NCBI GenBank assembly: GCA_010909165.1
Contig: VJWM01000063.1
Location: 1,488,001 to 1,552,000 of the forward strand
Direction: 5' to 3'
Source: Anthoceros angustus
Taxonomy: Eukaryota > Plantae > Anthocerotophyta
DNA length: 64,000 nucleotides
The number at the start of each line of letters is the position of its first letter. Within the stretch, counting starts at the first letter, position 1. Shown piece after piece: positions 53,448 through 64,000 of the stretch. The translations under genes and the position numbers were made by a program. The notes below the pieces were generated by a model that was given only the letters and a program-made list of their open reading frames with translations, ran no database searches and had not been told where the DNA came from.

Positions 53448-56400
53448 TCAGGCACACATAACTTGATCGCATGCTTGAAGAGCCTGATTGGCAAAGAATC
53501 TAACATCCACATCAGGATCTTCGTTTAATTCCATCAGACATGGTTTGATTGTCTGCTCCACAACCTGCATGACCGCTCCCACAGAGAGACAAGAGAGTGA
53601 GACTAAGGAGCACTTGATGCTAGGGTGGGGGAAAGTTGGCCTCAACTGATACCACAACTCAGATCAACAACCAACATCTGGGATCAAGGGAAACTCACTC
53701 CAGAGTCCACAATTGGGATCATTGACTGAAGCATCTTAGCCACATTAAATTTGATGTTAGGAACCCTGTATGGGACAGGTTAAAAGCAAGTCAAATACTG
53801 CGAAAACATTCAGCTCAAAGCAACTTAGAGAAACAAGAACCACTCTATGTTACCAACTCAAAAACGTAGCACCGATAGTACTTCCATAGAAGCCTATGGG
53901 AAGGATGCACTGACTGTACCTGTCCTTGGCAGCATTGATGACAACAGGAAGCATTGTTTGACATGTAACCTCCGAACCAACTACTGGTGCTAGCATGGAA
54001 ATTGCAAATAATATAGTCATCCTGTACAGGTAATGGGGATTGTTGATCATCTCCAGCACCTGCCAGAAACAACTATAAGCATTCCCTACTTTACCAGCAA
54101 CACACAAAGACCGTAAGGCTATTGCATGTAACTGTTCAGCACGACCTGAGGGATAATATGCTCCAGCGCCCATTCTGAACCAAATTCCTCGGCAAGGCGC
54201 TTCAGGTTGTTGGCAGCTGCCTCCCTGATTGAATACACCTGTAACCGCACAAGACGTTAAGCCTCATTACACTGAAAGTTGACAGGAAGAACAAACCACA
54301 CAGTAATTACATGACAAGGGGCTATACCTGATCACCCAGCCAGTGCATGCATAGGTTGCCAAGCTTGTCATCAAAAAACTCTACCCCTAACTGACTTGCC
54401 AACAGAGGTATGTACTCAATGATAGCAAGCCTCACACGCCAGTGTCTGTCTTCAGCCAGCTCAACAATAGCTGGCAAAAGTGACTGAGACAGGAGGTCAA
54501 TTCCTATCACCTGCAAAGGACATATAGCAATGTTCTAGATCAACTCTGTTAACATTCTAAGTACCAGGTCAAGACACAGGCAGCTACAACCACAATGCCT
54601 AACAACTGCATTTCAGATGCCAGCTACAAGCATACCTGGTTAACTTGGTCAAGTTTACTGATAATATTCAGCCTCACTTCCGGGAACTCGTCCTTCAACA
54701 GTGACAGAAAAATGGGCAGGAGTTGCTCAATTGTTGCCTCCTAGAACAAGCCACCATAACAGCAATCCCAATGAGCCAGTTGCACATACATTAGATTAAA
54801 CTGAAATGAACAATACCAATGCAAATAGAAACCTTCTAAACTAAACATCAATCACCAGACTCAGTTAAACAATATCTACACCTAGCCTTGCACCTTTCCA
54901 AGAAGTGGAGCCATCCCCATTATAACAGATGCCAAGGCAGAACGGACATGCTGTGAAGCATCCGTGGACAACTCCTGTATTGTAAAGACACAGTTTAGCA
55001 AGACCCAGTATAGATCCAAAAAAAGCCATAGGTAACTGAATATGCAACGAAGAGAGAATCACCTTCACACATGGAAGCACATGTTGAATAGCAGATTGTG
55101 GGGTTATGATTGCACAGAACTTTGTCACCTTCCCTGCAGCCGCAATCCGAACCTCTGCCTCGTTGTCGCGTAGAAGGCGCACAAATGCTGGAATCAGCTC
55201 AGTCCTGGGTGTATGGTAATTACAGTCAGCTACTTGATTGAGAGCGACAGAACACAACTTTGAACACCAATTGGGAGCTTGAAGCCCCCAAGGAGAAGTG
55301 GAAGAATACTGCATACAAGACCATGGAAGACTTTTGATGATAGCACCAAGTGAGCCCTGTCATACCTTGTGGCCTCAGGACCAACTCCGTCACAGAGTTC
55401 ATACAGCTGGTTGGCCACCATGTAGCGAACTCTCCATGACTTGTCCTGGTTCAAGTTCAAGGCATAAGATCAAGCCAGATGTTACTGGCTGCTTCAACCT
55501 GAAACCATTCCTAAAAAACCCGGCATGATCCCACAACGACCTTCACCTGTGAGAAGTTGACAATGACAGGTAGCACATGAGCAACACAATCTCCTTGTTC
55601 CAGAAGTTTCCCCAGAGCAGCACATCCTTCGACCGCCAGAAGCCTGACGGAGTCTTGATCTGTAATTCGTTTCAACAGAGGGTTACGCTGGAACTTTGGG
55701 TTGAAGTGAGAGCAGAATGATTTACAAGACCCATCCCATGAGAGGGAGCCTAAGCAGGACGAAGTGAAAATACCATCTAGAGTCAAATCTTTGAAGAAGG
55801 TCATGATGTCAGTCTTCAGGTACGAAGGCTCAACCGTTGCAGCGAATTTCCCCAGATTTAGGGCAGCAGATCTTCTGACCATAGGCATGTCATCATGACA
55901 GAGCTGATTGTACACAGTTCGAAGCTCCGCCCGCAGGAGATCGGGGGCACTTGGGTACGCAATGTGAAAGAGACCACATGCCGAGACACGGGCGGTGAAC
56001 CACTCGCCAGCACCCAATCTCTGAAACGACCATGAAAACCTCGACCTGATTAGTAGCAGATAGACCAGTGCGAACACCTGCGCTACCCATCTCTCCCTCA
56101 TAAACTGCACCATACCTTCACGAGGGGAATGAACCAGTCAATGACATCCCTCTCCTTCATCTGAGATCCAATCTTGCACAATGACTCGACAGCCTTGTCC
56201 CTAACAACCGTCTCCTCAACCGTGCACAGCGTCTCCAAAGGAGGCAGCAACACATGAGCGAACTCTACACCTCCAACATAGGGCACAAACGCGCCCAGTT
56301 CGTCTGCCATCGCCAGCAGAACCTCGTCATCATCGTCATTGTTCTCGCTCAGAAAGGGAATAAGCTCCTTCCTAGTCCTGTCCTCCCCAAGCGCCCGAGC

Positions 56401-56520
56401 GATGATGGACAGCCTGCGGATGGAGTTCAACCTCAGCTGGATATCATCGTTCTTGAGCTCGTCGATCAGAATTGCAATGGGGTACAGGGGCTCATCCACA
56501 ATCGACATATTCACAGCCAT
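53448..56520 (-). CDS. PP2AA: Protein phosphatase 2A scaffold (A) subunit, HEAT repeats; 12 exons (~590 aa)
   Basis: Begins [38 protein letters not shown] and ends [23 protein letters not shown]. Exons: 56116-56520, 55774-56020, 55547-55659, 55366-55445, 55063-55204, 54894-54974, 54636-54740, 54328-54510, 54146-54238, 53920-54059, 53699-53765, 53448-53564. All introns are GT-AG and the exons sum to 1773 nt in frame. Confidence 0.97.
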
Positions 56521-57363
56521 CCTGAGCGCACCGGTAGCACACTGCCCAGCACAATGCAGCTGCCTGCCCCTACATCCAGTCCGCAAACACCAGTACAGTA
56601 TATGCCTCCGCTAACAATGCCCCTTCAATGCAGCTGCTGCTGCTCAAACCCAAACCCGCCCCGGCTCCAATCCGTGTCAAGACTGTCGCAGCCTCCAATT
56701 TTCAAACATGGAGCCGCAGCCGCCAATGCAGGGCAGCCGTTTGCGGATTGGCGAGTAGTCGAACCACCAACATTCGAAGCCTGGTCAAGGTGTCAGAAAA
56801 CCCTACGAATGTGGAACCATTGTTTATTATGTACTCTCACCGCTTGCTTAGATCGCTGTGTTGGTGCATCGTGAGCTCACAACTTTTACCCCAGACGGAT
56901 TCACCCGACAGAAAACTTTACAACCACTACACGGAGAGGCGGAGAGAGAGACAGGATGGTGGTATGATGAATTGCGTGCCCAAATCAGTGGAACCCACAT
57001 GTGGCGGAGAAATTTTGGGTATCCTCCTCGCTCGGTCTGCATTGGTTTCAACCTCGCTCATTCTGGGACCTCCTGCTCATAACAACGAGAGTTGCGCATC
57101 ACAAGGTCATGTAAATGGGGCATTCTGGGAAGGAATTATAGAGTTGGGATAGTCTGAGGAAGCTGGTGAACCAACCAGCTTTCTCACACTATCCTGCTGG
57201 ATTACAATTCCAGTGTACATACATATGATTGGTTTGTGCCTGGCGCGTGGATCAGCAGCGACCTTCTCATACTCATTCTGACGTATGAACAGTATGCCGG
57301 CGAAGAGTTCAAAAGTTGGAAGTTATCCTTCCTCAATTTGGGATCAGCTGGTTCAGCCTTGCT

Positions 57364-60300
57364 TCACTTCCCCACGGAGAAATTGTGCACCAGTCCGTCC
57401 ATGTCTGTCCACCAGGTCAGGCCAGGCTGCTTCCATGCCTTCATTTGAACTCTTCTCACATGCATTTCTTGTGCCTGCTCCCACATCTGGGCACTTGTGT
57501 ATATGTTCGACATCAACACATATGCTGCAGCATCCTTGTTGTCTAGCTTGACTGCTTCACTAAACGCATCACATGCGACCTCCACGTTTCTCCACTTTTG
57601 ACAAGCACCCAATAGAGTGTGCCATACTGCAGCATTAGGGAGTACAGGCATTGTCCTTGCTACAGCTAGTGCGTCGTCCAGTTGTCCTGCACGACCGAGG
57701 AGATCTACCATGCATGTGTAGTGGTCCACAGTGGGGGCGATGCCATAGTTTTTGCTCATAGTGTCAAAGTACTCTCGTCCCCTGTTCACTAGACCTCTGT
57801 GGCTGCATACAGCTAGGAGACTCAATAATGTGACACCGTCTGGCTTGATGCCGTCCTCACTCATCCTGACAACCAAATCAAAGACCTTTTCGCTGTCTCC
57901 TTGCCGAGAGTATGCTGCAATCAGTGCATTCCAGGTGGCAACATTTTTTTCCTGCAATGCCTCAAACAGCTGCTGTGCATCAACCGTACTGCCGCATTTT
58001 CCATACATACTCATCAAACTGCCCGCTACAAGCACGTCAGCTTCAAGTCCTTGCTCTTTAATCTGTGCATGAAGCTGCCTTCCAAAATCCAAAGCTGCCA
58101 CAGATGCACAAGCTTGGAGAAGACAAACAAATGTCACAGAATTCGGTACAACAATGCCTTCTTGTTGCATAGCACTGTAGAGACGAAGTGCTTCCTGCCC
58201 CATGCCCTGCTGGGAATATCCTGCTATCATAGCACTCCATGTCACGACATTTTTTTCACCGAGTCCATCAAACACTATCCGAGCATCCTCGGGGCTGCCA
58301 CACTTTGCATACATGTTGACTAGACTGCTCGCCAGAAATACATCAGCTTGAAGACCTTGTTCCCTAATTCGTGCATCAAGCTGCCTCCCTTGTTCCAACG
58401 CCAGGGGGCCCACACTTGCACAAGCCTGGAGGAGGCACACAAGTGTCACAGCACTGGGCTCAACCATGAAATCTTGTTGCATGTCACAGAGAAGATCAAG
58501 GGCTTCCAGCCCCATGCCCTGCTGAGAAAACCCTGTTATCATGGAATTCCATGTCACCACATCTTTCTGAGGAAGTCCAGCGAACATGTTCTTAGCATCT
58601 TCTAGGCTGCCGCACTTTGCATACATGTTCACCAAGCTGTTGGCTACAACCACATCAGCCTGAAGACCTTGTTCTATGATTGCCGCATGGAGTTGCTTCC
58701 CCTGCTCCAAAACTGGAGAGCCTAAACTTGCACATGACTGCAGGAGGCACACAAAGGACACACTGTTGGGTTGAGAGATGCCCTCTTCTTGCATAGCTTT
58801 ATGAAGACACAGAGCTTCCATCCCCATGCCCTGCTGGGAATATCCCGCTATCATGGCATTCCATGTCACCACATTCTTCTCCCCCAGTCCATCAAACAGG
58901 GCCCGAGCCTCCTTCAGGCTGCCACACTTTGCATACATGTCCACCAGACTGCTAGCGATAAACATATCAGCTTGAAGTCCTTGTTCTCTAATTGCTGCAT
59001 GGAGCTGCTTCCCTTTTTCCAACGCTGGAGTGCCTAAAATTGCACATGACTGCAGAAGACAAAGGAATGTCACAGAATCGGGTGCGATGGCATTTTCCAT
59101 TTGCATAACCCTGTAGAGATCAAGAGCTTCCTGTGCCATCCCCTTCTGAGAATATCCTGCAATCATGGCATTCCAGGTGAACACAGTTTTTTGACTGAGT
59201 CCCTGGAACACACATACAGCATCCTCTAGCCTACCACACTTTGCATACATGTTCACCAGGCTCCCACCTACAACAACATCAGCCTGAAGTCCTTGTTCTC
59301 TAATCTGCTCATGAAGCTGCTTCCCAGTCTCCAAACTAGCGGTGCCCACACTGACACATGCCTGCAGGAGACACACAAACGTCACGGAATTTGGCATAAT
59401 GATGCCTTCTTCTTGCATAGCTTTGTAAAGGCGAAGGGCTTCCTCACCCATGCCCTGCTGGGAATACCCTGCTATCAAGGCACTCCATGTAACCACATTT
59501 CTTTGACAAAGTCCATCGAACACACCCTGCGCATCCTCTAGGTTGCCACACTTTGCATACATGTTTACCAAGCTGTTGGCAACAGAAACGTCATCCTGTA
59601 GTCCTTGTTCTCTAATTTGTGCGTGAAGCTCCTTCCCCTTCTCCAGACCTGCGAGGCCCACACTTGCACATGCCTGCAGGAGGGACACAAATGTCACAGA
59701 ATCGGGTACAGCGACAGCCTCTTCTCGCATAGCCCTGTAGAGATCTAGCGCCTCATGGCCCATGCCCTGCTGGGAATATCCTGCTATGATAGCACTCCAT
59801 GTCACCACATTCTTTTTTCCAAGTCCCTCAAATACAGCCCGAGCATCCTCCAGGCTGCCACACTTTGCGTACATGTTTATCAGGCTCCCTCCCACAACTA
59901 TATCCGCCAGAAGCCCTCGTTTTTCAATCTCAGCATGAAATTGCTTCCCCTGCTCCAGAGCTGGAGAGCCTAAACTTGCACATGACTGCAGGAGGCACAC
60001 AAAGGACACACTGTTGGGTTGAGAGATTCCCTCTTCTTGCATAGCTTTATGAAGACACAGAGCTTCCATCCCCATGCCCTGCTGGGAATATCCCGCTATC
60101 ATGGCATTCCATGTCACCACATTCTTCTCCCCCAGTCCATCAAACAGGGCCCGAGCCTCCTTCAGGCTGCCACACTTTGCATACATGTCAACCAAACTGC
60201 TAGCGACAAACACATCAGCTCAAAGCCCTTGTTCTCTAATTGATGCATGGAGTTGCTTCCCTTCTCCAAAGCTGGAGAGCCTAAACTTGCACATGACTGC

Positions 60301-63277
60301 AGAAGACAGGAATGTCACAGAAACAGGTACAATGGCATTTTCCATTTGCATAACCCTGTAGAGATCAATCCATCCTTCTGAGAATATCCTGCAATCATGG
60401 CATTCCAGGTGAACACTTTTTGACTTGAGTCCCTGGAACACACACAGCATCCTCTTACCTACCACACTTTGCATATATGTTCACCAGGCTCCCACCTACA
60501 ACAACTTCAGCCTGAAGTCCTTGTTCTCTAATCTGCTCATGAAGCTGCCTCCCAGCCTCCAAACTAGCGGTGCCCACACTGACACGTGCCTGCAGGAGAC
60601 ACACAAATGTCACAGAATTTGGCATAATGATGCCTTCTTCTTGCATAGCTTTGTAAAGGCGAAGGGCTTCCTCACCCATGCCCTGCTGGGAATACCCTGC
60701 TATCAAGGCACTCCATGTAACCACATTTCTTTGACAAAGTCCATCGAACACACCCTGCGCATCCTCTAGGTTGCCACACTTTGCATACATGTTTACCAAG
60801 CTGTTGGCAACAGAAACGTCATCCTGTAGTCCTTGTTCTCTAATTTGTGCGTGAAGCTCCTTCCCCTTCTCCAGACCTGCGAGGCCCACACTTGCACATG
60901 CCTGCAGGAGGGACACAAATGTCACAGAATCGGGTACAGCGACAGCCTCTTCTCGCATAGCCCTGTAGAGATCTAGCGCCTCATGGCCCATGCCCTGCTG
61001 GGAATATCCTGCTATGATAGCACTCCATGTCACCACATTCTTTTTTCCAAGTCCCTCAAATACAGCCCGAGCATCCTCCAGGCTGCCACACTTTGCGTAC
61101 ATGTTTATCAGGCTCCCTCCCACAACTATATCCGCCAGAAGCCCTCGTTTTTCAATCTCAGCATGAAATTGCTTCCCCTGCTCCAGAGCCCGGGTCCCCA
61201 TAGTTGCACATGCCTGCAGGAGGGAAACGAATGTCACAGAATTGGGTAGAACAATGCCCTCTTCTTGCATAGCACTGTAGAGAAGAAGCGATTCCTGCCC
61301 CATGCCCTGCTGGGAATATGCTGCTATCATGGCATTCCACGTCACAACATTCTTTAGACCAAGACCATTAAACACGCCCTGAGCATCCTCCAGGCTGCCA
61401 CACTTTATATACATGCTCACCAAGCCGTTAGCCACTAAAATATCAGCCTCAAAGCTTCCTTTTATAATTTGCTCATGAAGCTGCCTCCCCGTCTCCAAAG
61501 CCGAGATGCCCACACTTGCACATACCTGCAACAGGCACACAAATGTCACCAAATTGGGTGAAGCCATACCTTCCTTTTGCATAGCGTCGTAAAGAAGAAG
61601 GGACTCCTGCCCCATGTCCTGCTGGGCGTATCCAGCTATCATGGCACTCCATGTCACCACATTTTTTTGAACAAGTCTGTCAAATAGGCCTCGAGCCTCC
61701 TCTAGGCTGCCACATTTTGCATACATGTCCACCAAACTGCTAGCAATAACTACATCAGCCTGAAGTCCTCTTTCTCTAATTTGTGCATGAATCTGCTTCC
61801 CCTCCTCCAAAGCTGAGCTGCCCACACTTGCGCATGCCTGCAAAAGGCAGACGAAAGTCACAGGATCAGGTACTATGCAACCTTCTTGCATAATTCTGTG
61901 AAGACCAAGGGCTTGCTGGCCCATGCCCTGCTGGGAATATCCTGATATCATGGCATTCCACGTCACCACATTCTTTTGCCCGAGTCCATCAAACACGCCT
62001 CGAGCATCCTCTAGACTACCACACTTTGCATACATGTTCACCAGGCTTCCACCTAGAACTACATCGGCCTGAAGTCCTCGTTCTCCTATCTGTGCATGAA
62101 GCTGCCTACCATTCTCCAAAGCTGGGACACCCACACTAGCACATGCCTGCAGAAGACACATGTATGTCACAGAATTGGGTGCAGTCATGCCACCTTCTTG
62201 CATAGCACTGTAAAGACGCAGGGCTTCCTGACCCATGCCCTGCTGGGAATATCCTCCGATCATGGCATTCCAAGTCACAACATCCTTCTGAGGTAGCCCG
62301 TCAAAGACCCTTCGAGCGTCCTCCAAGCTACCGCACTTGGCATACATGTCCACCAAGCTGCTGCACACAAACAAGTCAGGCTCAATGCCACTAGCCAAGA
62401 CATCAGTATGCACCTGCTGCCCAAATTTCAAGTTCTCTCCCCTTGCACAGGCCTGAAGGGCTGCTGCAAACACATGGCCATTTGGCTTCACATTTGACCG
62501 GCGCATCTCCTGATACAGCTCTACGGCCTGTATGTCTTGTCCGTGTTTAACATGGGCAGAGATTATGGCACACCAGGTGAAGACATCTGGTTTTTCAACC
62601 ACGGTGAACACGTCCATAGCCTCTTGCAACCTGCTATGAGAAGCATACATTCGGAGGATGTGGTTGCACAGGAACGTGTCCGTTTCATACCCCTTCTTCA
62701 AGGTGAGAGCATGAACACGGCGAGCCAGAGCCAGATCCTTCTTAGCCACACATTCTTTTAGAACCGTATAAAACAGAGATCTGGAGATGTCACCGTGGGT
62801 GTGCACAAGAACTCCCAGAGCCTCAATTGCCTCAGCGAGCTGCCCCTGCTGACATGACTTGCTCACGGTTTCAGGTGTGATCTCCCTTTCGTATCCTGCA
62901 TGTCTGCGAGGGTGAAAATCATGGGGAACGATCGAGTTGGATGTAAGGACACAACCACCCACGTGCACGTCCAGAGCAGCCACCCCACAAGCTGACTTGT
63001 TGAATTCGTCAAACCAAAGGATATCCTGAGGCTCACTTAGCCGGGGATCAAGAGAACAGCAACTCTCCTGATGTTTGCTGTCCCACCAAAGCGTGGGATC
63101 CGAAGAAAATTGCCGCCGCAAGAGATCCTGGTCGTTGGAAGATGCCTCTCCAGCCAGACATCCTTTTGCTGCAAAGATACTGCACCTCACGGCACCGTTG
63201 TTTGCCAACAGATGGTTCCTTGAAGAAAGATGAGCGGGACCTCTTCCTCGGACGCCAGGTAACCTCCACACAGCCAT
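57364..63277 (-). CDS. PLS-class pentatricopeptide repeat protein (organellar RNA-editing factor type) with E1/E2 and a WW-type PG box, no intact DYW; one gene split into two ORFs (60455-63277 and 57364-60213) by a short frameshifted stretch
   Basis: About 16 P-L-S triplets (VVTWNAMIAGYSQQG / VTFVCLLQAC / SLVNMYAKCGSLEDA), then CSHRGLV..YTCMVDLLGRAG (E1), VWHTLLGAC..AAYVLMSNIY (E2) and KQPGLTWWTD..VHNF. The N-terminus looks like a transit peptide. Confidence 0.93.
58693..61189. repeat. Near-identical ~1.23-1.25 kb intragenic tandem duplication (4 PLS triplets) in the PPR gene
   Basis: 58693-59940 matches 59941-61189 (offset 1248 at the left end and 1228 at the right end). The breakpoints share ttgcttcccctgctcca (58693, 59941, 61169). 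Confidence 0.92.
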
Positions 63278-64000
63278 GGGCCGCAGGAGAATGCAGAATG
63301 GGGTACAGGTGGATCAAACTCCAATGATAGAACCTGAAGCATCAGACTATTTGTTCATAACGACCTGACAAGGAGCAGACTTGATTAACAGGTGCATGCC
63401 ACCGCCAATCCAGGGGAGAATCGGAATCTCACCCTAGGATATAGCAAATGTCGGTGATGTCTCAGCCCTCCCACCTCCTGTGCAGCTCGCAGGACATAAC
63501 AACTGGCAAGGACGTGAAATTTCATTTCCATCAATTCAAATCATGTGGAGTGAAGCTGTGAAATGCATGAAGCCCGAGACATTGTAAGCAGGCAGATCTA
63601 CAGTCTACATGTTTATGTACTACGAATGGCATTCTTACCAATCCCTTCAGGCCAGTAAGGCCTGCCACCCACCGTACCGCACGCCAGTGACATGCCATGG
63701 CCATCCCCATGCACATGACCAGCGTCCTCCATGGGTCGAAGGCCCCATTATAATAACACATTTTCTGCTCTCGTTGAGAGTTGTGAGAGGGTGGAGAGCG
63801 GAGACCACAAGACCTACACATTTACATTCATTCAAGTCCTTGGTTTAGCGAATTTTCTACAGCGGCTGGAAGAAAAATTCGTATTTCCGGCCGTTGTCAC
63901 GGCTTCACAACGCTGTGACTGGCTCGGGTTAAACCCACATGATAGGGTTGGAAGGGAAGGCGGACGTCGATTCCCGAAATCTGGCGTCACTTGCTACGCG

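Noticed and set aside
56521-56586. N-terminal extension of PP2AA in the ORF track
   Set aside because: Homology to PP2A A subunits starts at MAVNMS/MSIVDEP (56520/56508), so the upstream part is treated as 5' UTR.
57752-62761. Plus-strand ORFs overlapping the PPR gene
   Set aside because: They are periodic antisense shadows of the PPR repeats.
63300-64000. Small ORFs at the window end
   Set aside because: No homology-like motifs or coherent exon structure; probably promoter or intergenic sequence.

Overview
Eukaryotic, land-plant nuclear DNA. A hornwort (Anthoceros-like) origin is the most likely, inferred from the short introns, the compact gene spacing and a PLS-class PPR protein with a WW-type PG box. 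The window has two parts. (1) Positions 1-47211 are a head-to-tail tandem array of a ~6.2-6.3 kb unit: 7 complete units plus a partial one, and the array probably continues upstream of the window. Each unit carries an intron-containing, minus-strand neprosin-family (DUF239) glutamic peptidase gene with signal peptide, pro-domain and both catalytic Glu, giving 8 copies. Each unit also contains two diverged direct-repeat modules and an unidentified degenerate segment. Differences between copies cluster at CG/CHG sites and homopolymers. This looks like methylation-linked long-read error, so the apparent frameshifts may not be real. (2) Positions ~47212-64000 are unique, more GC-rich sequence: a repeat-like relic, a GPAT4/6/8-like gene (+, 4 exons), a PP2A scaffold A subunit gene (-, 12 exons), and a very long PLS-class PPR gene (-, ~5.9 kb). 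The PPR gene has a near-identical 1.25 kb internal duplication, a WW-type PG box followed by a stop codon, and an OSB-PDF-like N-terminal motif. All coordinates and alignments were read by eye; no searches were run.
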